Part shown: positions 1 to 14,591 of the stretch, in pieces
Layout: the number at the start of each line of letters is the position of its first letter
Numbering within the stretch: the stretch's first letter is position 1
Assembly: GCF_000181795.1 (NCBI RefSeq)
Contig: NW_003526943.1
Location: forward strand, 8,659,472 to 8,723,471
Reading direction: 5' to 3'
From: Trichinella spiralis
Taxonomy: Eukaryota
DNA: 64,000 nucleotides
Program-made: the position numbers and the translations under genes
The notes under the pieces: model-generated
Database searches by the model: none
What the model was told of the DNA's origin: nothing
Seen by the model: the letters and a program-made list of their open reading frames with translations, nothing else

Positions 1-3000
1 AATGCAGTTTTTACTATTACTAAGAAATACCTATTCCAAAAATATTTTTTAAAAATGAATTTGATTTGTTAATACCCCTGATGATTCAAAAAGATTTTGA
101 TCATCATTAAGTTTGAACAATGTAGTGACATATTCAAGCAAAAATAATTCAGCTGTTATGACTAATCAGTGTAAAACTTATAAGATAATACATTTAATAT
201 TTTAATAATGAATTATTTCAAAATCCAACAGTGATCAAACATAGTAAAATAAGCTTTTCAGTAGTAAAAGTGACATGTAACGTTGAATTATATTTGAAAT
301 ATTTTCGTGTTATTTAAGAAAAATTTCAATTTCAAATTTTGAATTGCAGTATTTTGCATTGAATAAAGGAATAATAATAAAGGAACATTTAATTGATCGT
401 AATATTTGCTCACTATCCTAATTTTCAAATATTACCATTTATTATTTTTCACCAAAATACATTTAAACAACAAATCCTAAAAGAAAATCAGAACTTTCAA
501 TTAAAAAATTCACGCGCTTACTTAAATGACATATTCGTCCAGGTCGTTTCGTAGGATCCTGTGAGCGGTCAATAAAACCATCTTTGCAACGACATTTGAA
601 GCTTTCTAATGTATCCAAACATTCCGCATTCTCACTGCAATCATTGTCTAATTTGTTTTCACATTCATTTTTTACTGAAAAGATGCTTAATTTAGTATAG
701 CAATAATAAAAAGAATAGTACTTCAAAATATTTAATTACTAGGAATGCACTTTCTTCCAGGATATTGATTCACAGAAGGTGAGATGTCACTAAATCCTTC
801 CCTACATTGACATGTATACCCACCAGGAAGATCCAGACAGTCAGCATTTCGATCACAATCATTCGTGCGGGTATCTTTGCATTCATCCACCACTAATAAT
901 AATAAATGATGCAAATGTATCGTAATTTCATACTTTTAATAATAAGTAACTGTACATGGAATGCACTTTCTGCCTGGATATTTTCGAGGTTTCGGTGAAA
1001 CATCTAAATAACCTTCTTTGCACAAGCATTCGTATGAGATTGGATTATCCATGCAAGTTGCTGTCGGATCACAGTCATTTAACTTTGAGTCTGCGCATTC
1101 GTCCACCAACGCTGCAAATAAACAATGAAAGCGTATATAATGTATAAAAAGGAAGTGATCCTGAACGTACAAATGCAGAGTTTCGATTTCGGATGACGCG
1201 CATAGCCAATTTTGCATGAACAACCGTATATGCCGTTCACTTTTGAGCACATTTCATTTTCACCATTGCAAGAATTATTCAAATACATTGCACAAAAGTT
1301 TGCCTCTGATGCATTTGTGAAAATACTGACAGTGACTTTCTGATCGTAGATCAGTTCAACTGTTGGACTTGATTTCCAGATTGCATCGTTTGTCATATAA
1401 CACTGGTCTGTATATGGTAATCTTATATAGCCGGGACGACAAGCGCACTGGGGAATATTATTAATAATCTATTCAAATAATTTTACTTGATTATTTTTTC
1501 AAATAATTTATAATTGAAAAACAAAGCTTACCAAACATATCTCATTTAATTCATCACGACAGTGTTTCATTTTGTCTTGATTGCAAGGAAAAGTACTGGC
1601 CACTAAAAGTGATGGTTCATGCTGTTTTTTCCTCTGAGAAATGGTCTCCCTAGCACAATGCATATCATCCAGGTAGCCGTTGGCTAAAGGTTCGTCAGAA
1701 CCATCCAGACAATCAATTTTTGAATTGTTAAACTTTAACAAGTCTATGCATCGTGGCATACCACAACGGCATTGGAACTGAAGTTGAGTGCATTCTGAAC
1801 AATATAAATATAATATTTACAAAACTAAAATTACTTAGGAAATTGAAAATATTTATTTTTCAATAAATTTAAACGGTTTTCTTTAAAAGTGATGTCAATT
1901 TTAAAATCACTTTATAAAAAGAGATTTTTTTATAGATTAACAGTTTAAAAATTATATACTGGATGTACTTTTTACAGTAAATAGTAGCTTTAGTGTGAAA
2001 AGAAAATCATACGATAAAATAAAAAGAATTAAAATGAAATTTCTATTTAATTAGTGATCTGATTGAATTTTTAAAGAAAGTTAAAATATATGCCCAACTT
2101 TCAGCTGGAATATTGGCATTGTAATTGCAAAACTTTGATAGCAATGAACATGTGGATAAAAAAACATATACTTTACTTTTTTTATTCAAATATAATGATG
2201 AAATTGTTGGTGTTTATATAGAAAATTAAAAATTCTGATTTTAAAAATATTGAATATCACTCCTAAAAGTGATAATAAATATTTCAATTTACATACGCAG
2301 CAGTTTACAAAATAAATATTGTATTGTTAATTATTCTTTTTCTTTTCTTAGATGTATTATGAAAATGGCCACCGTTGAAACTGATTTTTCAATTTGACAA
2401 AGTAAGTTTCAACAGAATCTAATAAAAATAGAATAGAAATGAAATAGTGGCGATGTAAAGGAAATATTTTTTCGTTGATTTTTGTCAAAACTGACTTCCG
2501 TCACTGTATTTCAAGTCGACGATGTTGAAAAGTTTCAGAAATAACGTAATCACTGAAACTATCCGCCAACGCCCCCTGTAAGATTGGGTCGTTCAACTCA
2601 TCGGTTGTTCACCCTTTTTCAAGTCGACTAATTGATTATATCAATAGTTTCCTTTTTTAATCTGCATATTTTGAAATATTAAAAAAAACACTCATAACTT
2701 ATTTGAATAAATGAATTAATTATTTAAAAACTTTTTGTTGTTCCAAAAAATTTTTATGCAACGAAGACAATGACGAAAGTAAAAGAAAACATATGTCGAA
2801 GAAGCTAATTGGCTAATTGCGAAAAATTGCAATCAACCATTGCAATGAAAGGAGAATTTAAAGTCCATTTCATTACATCACCACATTATTAGTAATAATA
2901 ATAATTAATTATTCTTCTTCAGTATTTCCATCCAGGTTTTTTTAAATTTTTCATTAGAACTAGACATGCTACTGAACTAAAATCAATTGTGCTTCCAGAT

Positions 3001-5306
3001 TACTGCGCAAATATGCTTATCATTGATCAAACTCAATTTTCGGTCACCGCTTCAAGCTGACCATTCTAGAACAACATCAAAAGCAATGAAGCAGAATAAC
3101 CTGTTAGATGATCCAGTTTTGATTACAGCCTCTCAACACGAGGGTTTTATTATAATTTTACCGCTTTTTTTGTTTCCTTCATGCGAGCATATGAAACAAC
3201 TCAAAAATTAGAACTGAAAAATTATTTCATAAACTGTTTTTTGTTTTAAAATTAACAATACTTCAAAAAAACTATTTAACATCTACCAGGAAATATGAAA
3301 CTACAATTAATACTTTTCCAAAAAATGCTTTTCAGTTTTCTATGCATTTGTTTCATAAAAAATATGCAAATTCATGAAACTTTTTCTCAGTGAAATTAAT
3401 ACATGTGGTGTACAAATTCCATTAATGATGTAATACAAAATTGAAATTAAAAAAATACTATTGCACATATTTAAATGGCATTTTAATAAATATTTAAAGA
3501 AAGTCGCAGTTCGTAACAATCGACATCAAAATTTAATAACATTTCCGCAGCACATTAAAATTTGCAATACTGTAAAGTGTTGCAGAAAATTTTGAAAAAA
3601 AAAGATTTCAGAAGTTATGAAATTTTAGTATTATTTAAAATGGATCTATCAACTAACAATTAGTTTGTTCAAGCTTCTTTCGAGTTCTTTCAAAAATTTA
3701 TCTCAGGAAAAATAATCTTGAAAATAACTAACTTAACATTATATAAATAAAAAATTTAATTGTATCTTTACTTAAATGAATTGTAACTGATTAATAATTA
3801 ATGTTATTTGAGCTAATATTTCAGAACATTCATAAAAATTATCTCATTCGACTGGACATTTCCAACTGTTCAGATTGATAACGCACATGACTGATAAAGC
3901 TTCATTTGAAGAAAGCATCAGTATGAAAAGCAAATTCAATTATAACATATCTTATTCTGCTAAGATGAATTATTCTGCATGACATTGTACGATATTTTTA
4001 TGAAGAAAAAAGCAAATATAACATATACTGCTGAAAATGAAGAAAACTTGAAGTAACTTACCCTCGTCACTGCCATCTGCACAATCTTCGATGCCATCTT
4101 GAAATTTACACCAGTCAATACATTTCGATTTATCACGACAAAAAAATTCTCCCTGTGAACAAGCTAAAAAAACATCTTTTCAATTTTGCATTATTAAATT
4201 AAAAAATTTTTTATTTCATTTACGCTCATCTGATCCATCAGGACAATCTTTTCGGCCATCTTGGTAAGCTTTTGGTTCGAGACAGTTGCTTCGATCCTCG
4301 CAGACAAAATAACCCAAAGGGCATCCTTGGGTACAAAGCCAATTATTAACAAACAAACAGCATTCTTAAATCTATCCACATTATGTTACCTTCGTCAGAA
4401 CCGTCTTGGCAGTTGATTTTTCCATCAGAAACTTGATCTAATCGAATACACTGAGGTTCACCGTTCAGGCAGCGAAATTGGTCTGGCAGGCAAGCTGTAA
4501 AAATGAAGAAATTTTCATATGTAAATTAAAACAAAAATTTTTTTTTGTATTATTCTCTCTTTCAAATGATCAATTTATCTTTCAAGGAAACAAACAACCA
4601 ATTTTAACAATGAAACATCCGTTTTTATTGACGCTTTATTGTTATGCAACCGCTTTGTTCTGCATCACTGGTCGTTGAAGCTCAACTGTTATTGTTGTTT
4701 GCCGTACCACTGGACAAGGCGGTCTGTAAATGACCATCGGGTCACAATTTTATGCATTAGCCCCCATTTGCTTGGAAATTACATTGCTGCGTGAGGTAAA
4801 CGCTTTCTGAACAATGGAAAACGGCTATCAAACGTTCATGTCACTTGAATAAACAGCAAATTGAATATATATGTATATATATATGTATGGACGTAGATTC
4901 AATTCTGATTGTAAACCAGAGTTGTTTAATTACAATTTCTACATTGCACTTTAAAATATATTCCCATCCCATATAACTGACCATATTTTTCATGAAATTC
5001 TGTATAAGTCTATTTCATTTTGAGCTTCAAGTTTCAATTTTGCTAAAATATCAGTTATAATAATAATAATAATTCAAAGCAAACTTTTACCAGCCATAAT
5101 CATAATTAGATTAAAATTTTCCAAAAATTGATTACAACAACAACAACTACTACTCAGACAATTTGTTTGCTAGAGAACATAAAAAATAGTTTCAATCAAC
5201 ATTTTTTCTGAAACTCAGGGTCGTTCATTTTTCTTTGAGTAAAATGACCTTTAACAAAAATTAAATGTAACAGTGCAAAAAAAAGGAATCTAGAACATGA
5301 ATCCAT
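1..5306 (-). CDS. mua-3: MUA-3-like LDLa/EGF cell adhesion receptor, 5' portion (multi-exon; continues beyond the left edge of the window)
   Basis: Signal-peptide exon 5249-5306 (MDSCSRFLFFALLHLIFVK) splices in phase to four LDLa repeats ending DGSDE (exons ~4390-4494, ~4224-4340, ~4062-4164, ~1540-1795). These are followed by Ca-binding EGF repeats with the MUA-3/MUP-4-type ending (e.g. CRCKDGFIDRSQDPTKRPGRIC, CQCREGFSDISPSVNQYPGRKC). The last visible exon ends at 522 and is followed by an intron. Confidence 0.8.
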
Positions 5307-6744
5307 CAGCCTTAAGACATGTGATCTTGTCGTTTTTTCTAACATGCCAAGTTGAAAATGAAAGTATGCGAAATGAATCACAAATTAACAATCATCTTGC
5401 ATGCATTGCAATGAATTATGATAAAATATCAACGTGCACATTGTACTTTCATTAAAGTGTTCTTCATTTCATCATATAATTTAATGGATTGCTTCTGTAT
5501 TCATTATATCAAAGTGTAATACAAAAGAAATTACGTGAAAATGTAATATGATATGTATTGTGAAATACGAGATGATAAAATTTTAATATACCGATTATTT
5601 TGTATATTGCAAATAAAAATATTTACAATACTTGTGTTTGTTTATGAATTGTAAAAAAATTTCTTAGCATTCAGTACCAAAATAAAAAACTGAAAATATC
5701 TGCTAATGTATACATTTGTTGTCTGATTTGAAAGTACTGTCATTTCAATCGAGTTGTTTTTTGTATTAATTTTCCATCTTAAAGTTTTCTCATCCTCCTT
5801 TGACGATCAATTTCTTTCCGCACCCATAAACATATTGTATGCACAATTTTTTAATTTCAACAACGTCTTCAACTCACATTATGTCGACGGTCCCTTATTA
5901 CACGAGGGGCTTGCTTGATTGATTGAAATTTGAAAACGCTTGCAAAAAAAACCAAAAAACTGTACGCTTCGATCCAACAATGAGGCATGCACATCATGGT
6001 GTTGGGAAAAAAATTTAGGCTAATCACCACAAACTGATTGATCGACATTAAAATAAACAAGAACCCGCTTGCTTGGCGTTCATTTTTGATAATGAAAAAA
6101 TGTCTGACTGAGAACATGCAAATAAATAATCGTCTTCAATTTTTAACACTTCCAACTTCGCTACAGTTTCTCTACTTTTACTATTAGGCCAGTTATTTAC
6201 CCGATATTGTATGAAAACACATTGTATTCACACAAGCTAACCGATGATTCTAAAATGCTATATTGGAATGGGTTTGCTTTTGTCAAAATACGACAAACTA
6301 GCTAACCGAACTGCCCTGTCCGAAACAAGCTTACGTCATCTTTATTATTTAAATTACTGATGATGCACTTGTTTCAATAGTCATTTTTTACTTTGTCACA
6401 TTTTCTAAATTATAAATATGAACAAATTGAATGGGATATTTCCTAAAAATGAAATTTTTCAACTTACCCTTCCCGCCCCACCCCCAAATTTGTAACTCGA
6501 CACGGTCACTTGAATTGCCACGTTAACTAGAAGGGAGCAAAGGGAAATCTGCTGGTCAGATAGATGATAAGCTGCCAGAAGAGACCAGTCAATCACATCA
6601 TCAAAATGTCGACGGACAGACATTGACATGGTCTTGCTTTGACCTTCGCATTTCCATTTTCTTAATGGTCATCGAAGATGTCTTTCTATTTCATTATTGC
6701 CTTTATTCAGGGTCAACCTCAGTTCAGAATCCCAATCAAAAATT

Positions 6745-6746
<2 letters not shown>

Positions 6747-6777
<31 letters not shown>
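6747..6777. repeat. (CA)n microsatellite
   Basis: Perfect CA dinucleotide run read directly. Confidence 0.95.
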
Positions 6778-6782
<5 letters not shown>

Positions 6783-7841
6783 CATTACCATCTGTTTATA
6801 AATTTCATTTTTAAAAAACAATTAATATTAAACCATAACCATATATGAAAGCAATTAATTATTACAGATTGAACTAGAAGAATGGACAAAGCAAAAGACT
6901 TACAAAAATGAGACAGTGAATGATTCGTAGTGGCTGAAGTGACAGATTTGCATAATATTAGCCAGCCAAAATAAAAATAGATAATATGAAGCATAGCATT
7001 CGACTGAGTAAGCTGCTTGGGAAGCCAAAGTTGGAAAAGCAAAGTGTACCGACAGACGAAAGCGGCAGTGCAAGTACAAAACGACACCGGCTGAACTTTC
7101 TTTAAAAGGCCCACTCTTGCCCGGTAGTCAAGGGCACGCACTGTGTTTCTACAAGCGAAAGCTCACTTTCAAAAGCCCTACATTACGGCGACCCTAATTC
7201 GTCGTCATCGCGTGCACGGTGCCTTTTCCACCGTTAGCTGAACGTTCATTGGTCGAATGACATTATCAATTTTGCAGTTGAAAGCAGAAAAAACAGTCAG
7301 ACATGAAAAAGTAGCCTCAACATCCGCAACATGTCATCAGTAGGCAATTTTTCAGTTTCTCTTCTTGCGCAACGACGAATAATAATAACGGTTATGATAA
7401 TGACAATTTCAATGTCAGATGCTTATTCGGAGAATTAAATTTTACCACTGTAGAAGCTGTAAGCACTTCAAATGGGGAGACCTGTTTTCAACGTTTCCAT
7501 TCATTCAGCCACTATTCTCTGCTATTATTACAAAAGAGTTACATAATTGGTAACTTGCTAACATAATAAACTAGCTTGTTCATTCAACAAGCAAATACAG
7601 TTACGCCAAAAACACAGTCACCAGGGAACCAGACGTTGTGATGGAACCACACCGCAATAGGTACTCAAGGTCAGTCACTGACTGTATGTACATCACATAC
7701 AGACACAATAAAGGTCACTTGAAGTCAGTTGTGGAATTTTCAAAGACGCCCAAAACACAAGGGCAGCAGTGTTTATCCAGTTGTGCAAAATTGACTTTTA
7801 ATGAAAATACAAATATTGAGCTTATGCAAATACATCGAGAT

Positions 7842-7872
<31 letters not shown>

Positions 7873-9425
7873 GTAAAGTTGGAATTTTGAATGAACCAGC
7901 ACTGCCGGCTCAGTCCACAATTGCATGTCACGCACGGAAAAGTTTTGTCCATTTTAATGTTTGAAATATTTCTTCTTAATCACCAAATGACCAATATGTA
8001 TTGGCATCGTGATCACGATCGCAAAACTGTTTCGACGAACCGCTATTTGCCAAAGAAGTTGAAAACGTATTCTCAGCCAAAAAACCCCCATGGATGTTGT
8101 CTAAAAATAAACATTAAAAATAACAGATTTCATTAATTAATTAAATAATAATAATAATAATCACTAGCCTTCTGAAACTGATAATGGATTCACATCGGCC
8201 AAAAATGACGAAACAGAACGACATTCTTTTTTGTACTGTCGAAAAAAACCATGCTTCAGCAACGCTTTGGCCGATGGCCTACGAACAGATTTGTTTAAAA
8301 AAATGAAAATTACCCAAAAAATATGATTAAAATATTCACTTTGAAAGTTTGATTTGAAAAATTTTAATTCAAATTTTGAAAACGTGCAGCAATTTTTTGT
8401 TTCAAAACAAGCGGCAATCTCATAATATATAAGTGCAGTTTAATACAAAGTAGAGCTTCGACACAACATGAAAACACAAGTATTCTTTTTTAATAATAAT
8501 AATTAATTTAATGTATTTTACATAATTTTGGAAATATATTATACAGTGCTATTTTGGTTTGTTTTTTTTTTGAAATTTCAATATTTTATCATCAAACGCC
8601 ACTGCTGACAAAATGGATGAATAATCAAATCAAGGTCGCAAGCGTTACGTGACGAAATTAAAACCGATCACAGAAATTGCAAATAAATAAATTTAAAACA
8701 GTGGAAGTGTCAAATGATGTCAAAATTAAATTGAATTAATTTCATTTAGCCTATATCACAAATAACAAGCACAACTCTTTCCTCTATACAAAAAGTTGTA
8801 ATGACAAAAAAAATTCACATTCAAATTTTCGATCTATCTACCTCTGTTATACAAAACATTACAATAAATTGTTCTTGCATTAATTCAAACAATATAAAAT
8901 CACCTTTAGACAAACAATTATTTTTTGCTATTAATTTTTCCTCTAGTAAACAAGCAAAAATAATAAACATTGCAAAATTCTCAAAATGACGAATAAATAA
9001 ATAAATAAATGCTTGTTAATAAGTAAAATAAAGAATCGTTTTTATCTTCTAGTATTAAAACTTCACTCGATCTGAATTAAAACTGTGATGCATCATGCGC
9101 ATGTGTGCGTATTGAGATCAGCGCAATTGTTCTATTTGACAAGTAAAAATTCCTCATCTAAAAAAACAACCTTCAGCATACTTTACCAAAAGAATAGCAT
9201 GCAACAATTGAGGCTATTTTTTGTTTGTTTGTTGTTTATTTTTTTTTAAATTTAACTCCTATTGTTACAAAATATCATAAAACAAGAAGCATGACAATAA
9301 CAAAAACTTTAAAAAAAAGTGAAATCAATTTTATGAACTACAACTTTCACAATAATAATGAATTGATTTAAAAATAAAAATAAGAACATGGGAAAAAAAT
9401 GCCCATCAAACATTGTATATCTTAC

Positions 9426-11148
9426 CGATCGCAGGGGTGGAATTTTAAGCAGAGTTCAATGAATGCGTGGAACTTGTCGCTGAACCAACGATTGCGTTGC
9501 TCATCGGTCGAAGCCTCCATGGGGTCGGATGTCTCTATTGCTGAAAAAATTACAAAAAAAGCTGACAACATTTCTTTTTAGTAAAACAATTACAACTGCT
9601 TACCTGGTAAAGTTTTCCCATCCAAGAGACGCGGTGTCACGCCGCGAAGTTTCTCCCAAAACATCTGCAATAGAACAATAATAATGCAAGCAAGCAAAAA
9701 TAAAATTTCCAAACATTTCACTTACTTGAATATTACTCATATTTGAAAATGGTACAAATCCGTTGGCCATTTCACATCCTGCTATGCCCAAAGAATAAAT
9801 ATCCGATTTGACACCGTAGCCGGCAATGTTCTGAAAAGACAAATAATTATAATAATTATAATAATAAAATAAGCATTAATTAGAAAAAACTATCCAATCA
9901 GTGCTTACTTGTTCCAAAACTTCGGGTGCAAACCACATCAAGCTCGACTGAAAATCTTCAGTAAATTCGTGCAACTTTCGCAATCGTCTGTCGCTTTCTA
10001 AGACAGATGCCACGAGGCGAAATCCGCTCAAACAAACTTTCCCTTGAGAAGACAACAAAATATGACTACAACGTACACTTCTAAACAGTACAATTTTTCA
10101 ACAACAATAACAAAATCTTATGTTCTTCAAAAACCTGTGAATAAAATCATGATCATGCAAATATTCCAACGCCAACAAAACATCATACAAAACTGTAGCA
10201 ATTAGCTGTTCCGGAAGACCAAAATGATACCGAAAATGAATCAAATCTTTAACCGATCCTGAAATTTACATTTTTTAAGAAAAAAAAATATATTTTATTA
10301 ATGAAAAATCACACAAACTGACCATAATCCATCAGCGGTGTAACGATCAAAATATCACTGCCAGCAACAAATACATCAACCAGCTGCAAAATGTTGCTGT
10401 GCTTCAACTGACTCAGTATTCTTACTTCTTTCTAAAAATGATGACAATTATACTGTCTTAAACATCATTATAAATAAAATAAACCAAACTAAAAGCATAT
10501 GATAGTCATTTTTTCATAAGAAAATTCTGCACTATGAAAGCAATTTTATTTTAATGAATTAAAAATTTAATGAAACAATCATCATAAGTTATTATAACTG
10601 CTTCAAAAAAGTTCAAAATTTACTTGCAAGAAAAAGAAATTTGTGTCGTCCTTTTCATCTTCCAAAGTGCAGATGCGAATTGCGTACAATTTGTCCGTTT
10701 CCTTCTCCTTGGCAAGATGCACGTTGTACTTTCTGTTGTTCGCTTTACCTGCAATAAGTTGAAACTCAAATACCAGCACAACAACATAACAAATAGCCAA
10801 ATTTGGTTTCATTCGATAAATTCACTTTCAACTAAAGATAATAATATTCCAATGACAAATTTAAAATTTAAACAGCTTTGACTATTTTTAAACTTGGTAA
10901 TTAATGCAAATTTCATATAATCAATAGACATTCACAAAATAATGCAAAGCATACATAATTGTTAGCATTTCAAAACTCGCTATCCTCATATTTGTTTTGC
11001 GTTTTAAACTTTTTTTCTCCTGATAACAATGCATTGCAAACAACAAATGATCCTCACCTATGCATGGAAAAACGACGTATCGGCCAACTTCGACACTACA
11101 AAATGACACTGACGCATTTTTGGCAATCAAATTTGAACTATTGCTCAT
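9426..11148 (-). CDS. STRAD: STE20-related kinase adaptor (STRAD) pseudokinase, multi-exon; terminal exon unresolved
   Basis: Spliced translation gives IHRSVRCSHILLSSQGKVCLSGFR (HRS for HRD, GFR for DFG) and WFAPEVLEQNIAGYGVKSDIYSLGIAGCEMANGFVPFSNM, which are STRAD hallmarks. GT-AG introns join about 8 exons. Confidence 0.88.
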
Positions 11149-13316
11149 TTAAATATTCAAAAGAATGCACAACAATGATTAAAATTATATTTAACTTTAA
11201 TCGTTTTACCGTACTCCATAGTATTTACATATGAAAAGGTTCAATTTTTAAAAATCACTCGTAAAGGTACTGATAAAAAGAATAAAAACAAATTAAATGG
11301 AATACATTAATGAATGTTAAACGTATTTAAAACGAAAGAATCAGCAATTTTACATTTCAAAATTAAATTTCATAGTAAAAAATAAAAAAACTATTGCACA
11401 GAGCTGCTTCAGATTTTGAATAAAATCTTTACTGTGATGTGAACTAAATAATCTTTCGTTATTTGAGAAAAGTCAAATTTTCAAAGCTAAAAACAATATA
11501 AACATTGCAACAGTTTATTGAGAAATCTTATTTGTTATATCCTCATTGATAACTGCACATCAACTTTTCCTGCAGTTTCCATAAAATAAAAACAATCTGA
11601 AAACATTGACATCAACGAAAATATTTGCCAAGAATCACATAAAATGTTCTTTTGCATTAATTAATTTAAAAATGACATGTCAAAAAACGGTTCATATTCG
11701 AATAAATGTTTTCATTTCCTCCAGGCAGGACACTGATTTTCCTAATTTTCACATTACTGCAACAACTTGCTGAACGAAAAAGTAATTACAGTAATCATTA
11801 TTTGACAATCAGGAAGACAATTAACAAGCAGATCACACTATTCAAATGATAATTAAATGCATTAAGTTACTAATAAAAGCAACTGAACTATGCTAAAAAA
11901 TAAAATATTAAATATAAATAATAAAAAATTATTTCGCAATTGATTTATGTTTATAAGGTTTACCATGAAAATTGAAAAAAATAATAAAAACCCCACCATC
12001 AACTAAACTAAATTTTTTACCTACAATTTCAAGCTAGGTTATAGTGTCACTTCATTTACTGCAGTAATATGGCTTAGAAACAGATGAATGTCTGTCATAT
12101 GCGCAATATTTTGAAATATTCCTCAGCACGTATTGCGTTTGTGTATGTGTGGATCTGTGCGCAAACAAATTATGAAAATTTTAGTGCCGAAAATCAGATT
12201 AATCAAACAAAGCATAGCAGCATAAGAACATGTCATACATTGAAGTATGTGCAACAGGTGGGTAACAAGAAAGATGAACTACTGTGATACTAATGAATAA
12301 TGCACGATTCAGTAAAACTGGGTTTCAAGCTAAAAAATAGCACAGCATTGCAATACGAGTAACCATATTTACGATGTAACTTCTTTTTAAACTTTTCTTA
12401 AGCAATCATGCATAACCCTCTTGATGCAATGAAAATTTTATTAATAGCATTGTAAGAAAAACCTGCAGGATTTACTTGCATTTTAGCTGCAACATCCAAA
12501 ACCAAAACAAAAATAAACCATCAAATAAATAAATCAGCCATAAAAATATCTTAATTCACTTCCGGCAAATAATAATAAGGCATATACGGAACAACACTTT
12601 ACTTAATACATATAAGCATATAAACAGCATGCTCAAACCTACAGATTTTACCATCCCAAATCACACGACAGACAAGATGACATAGTGGACAGTAACAAAA
12701 ATTTTGCTGAGCCGTGAAGTTTGCAGAAGGCACAACAACCAACAGCTTTCCACAATAGCATGTCATCCATAAAAACATTTAAGATAAAAAAATGTATAAG
12801 TCAATGTGCTTCATACAGTAGTCTATTAAAGCTTACGATTATTTAACTTCTTCCATATGCAGCTGTAAATCATATTTGCATGTGACAGAACTGATATCAG
12901 TTGTAGCATAATGCATGTTTCTCAGATATATTTAATCTTTTTGATTTGCCACAAATTAAGCAAATCATTTTTGCGAGATGAAATGAAAATATAGGAAGAA
13001 GTTATTGCAAAAATTCAAAAATGGAAGCAAGTCAGTGATGAACATATTCTTACTTGAAAAATTCGGTAGAACTAAAACGGTTTATCTCATTACATTTTCA
13101 TTCAAAAGCAAAATCACATTTTTATCAAAGTTAATTTTAATAATAAAAAAATAAAACACAACAATCACATTAATGTGGCAATAGAAGTCAACAATCAAGA
13201 GTCATAATAAAAGACATTTTAAAAGACAATTAAATGTTCAAACAATAAATAATAAATAACTTGTCAGAAAAATAAACAAAGAGCTAACGTTGCATTATAG
13301 TAATTATGTCGAACAA

Positions 13317-14591
13317 TCATACAAGTGCAGAAAAGCGCTTTTCACATTCCTTTCGCAAATCATTAGCATTGAGCAACATTTGATCTTTTTCATTATAAAC
13401 GGGTGAATTTCCATCCAATGAGCATTTCAAACAATTTTTGTCAAAATCCACACCATTTCTTTCACCAAATCGCAACGGTGCCAGATTAGCATAATTCACC
13501 GTAGGAACGTTAATATAATACACTGGACGAGGCATATTCATGTGAGCTGGTAATGGTGGAATGACCGCTCTTCTTAAACAATTTGAAGGCTTCTTCATTT
13601 TTATAAAATTTCCATTTCTGCGCAGTGTTGCAGTTGGCCGTCTAAAATAAATATTGTTTTGGTTCAATGAATTGGCTTCGTCTTGATTAGTCATGCATTG
13701 GCTTCGTTTCAAGTGAGCATCGTTTCCATTGTTCGATGGCAACACTGGCTTGGGAGATAACCGTATACGCAAAATTATTACAACACCAATGACGAGAATC
13801 AGCATCGAAACAAACATAGTACCACCTAAATACCAATAAAATTCAACATCTTCTTCATCAAACGAATGATTTGTTTTCATTAACGCTTCAGAATTGAGCA
13901 AGCGTAATTTTTCTGAATTGTCTTTTTTCCATTCCGATGCGGCAACTAGACCATCTCTTGTATAGGCAAGAAGCAAAAAATCAACACCTGAATGGATGAT
14001 ATCCAAATTTTTTGTAGTAAATGAATTGTTAATTGTATGATTTAATGGAAACCAAATGTTCTGACGATGCGCCATTTTCCAAAACAATGCGTAAACCATG
14101 CTGGGTACAGTTGAAGAAATTTCAAAAATTGGAATCGGTGACTGCCATTGAATTTCCAACTTATTCATCTTTGTTAAACGGGTAATTTTTAGTGGTTCAG
14201 CAAAAGTCCAAGTCATTTCTCGATTTTTACCAGTACGCAAATCAGCACGATACACAGAACAAGCTATCTGACAACCTAATAACAAAAATGTGTTAGAATA
14301 ATTATTAAATTCAGCTAGAAACTTACCAGCAAAACAAATCCTTGAGTCTTTACATATTGAACCCCAAACATCATACTTCTGATAAAACATTGCACAATTT
14401 TCCCAACACATCTGGCAATCCGCTTGACTTTGGCATGATGAATCAGTTAAAGGATCACTTTTTGATGCAAATGCGTCCACACAATGCGCACGACAAGTGA
14501 GAACCTGATCAACCATCATCAATTGATTTGTGGATAATCCTCGAAATGCATAGGCTGACACAAAGCTTGATAAAATAGCCAAAATTAGCAT
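13317..14591 (-). CDS. Type I membrane protein with anosmin/KAL-1/fend-like Cys-rich N-terminal domain and FN3-like domain (paralog A); 51-nt intron 14276-14326
   Basis: Signal peptide; Cys pattern CRAHC...CQSQADCQMCWENC...C...CFAGCQIAC after intron removal; FN3-like IQWQSP..YALFWK..FLLLAYTRDG; TM WYLGGTMFVSMLILVIGVVIIL; Pro/Tyr-containing tail. The family assignment rests on Cys spacing only. Confidence 0.65.
   Translation of the reverse strand: MLILAILSSFVSAYAFRGLSTNQLMMVDQVLTCRAHCVDAFASKSDPLTDSSCQSQADCQMCWENCAMFYQKYDVWGSICKDSRICFAGKFLAEFNNYSNTFLLLGCQIACSVYRADLRTGKNREMTWTFAEPLKITRLTKMNKLEIQWQSPIPIFEISSTVPSMVYALFWKMAHRQNIWFPLNHTINNSFTTKNLDIIHSGVDFLLLAYTRDGLVAASEWKKDNSEKLRLLNSEALMKTNHSFDEEDVEFYWYLGGTMFVSMLILVIGVVIILRIRLSPKPVLPSNNGNDAHLKRSQCMTNQDEANSLNQNNIYFRRPTATLRRNGNFIKMKKPSNCLRRAVIPPLPAHMNMPRPVYYINVPTVNYANLAPLRFGERNGVDFDKNCLKCSLDGNSPVYNEKDQMLLNANDLRKECEKRFSALV

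Noticed and set aside
2440..2630. Repeated tttcaagtcgac and weak inverted repeats in the mua-3 intron
   Set aside because: Too short, with no TIR/TSD boundaries to call an element.
8560..8660. Minus-strand peptide IIHPFCQQWR as a candidate STRAD last exon
   Set aside because: No usable AG acceptor upstream in the right phase.
5869..8989. Short ORFs between mua-3-like and STRAD
   Set aside because: Low-complexity translations spanning microsatellites with no coherent exon chain. More likely upstream regulatory or intronic DNA.
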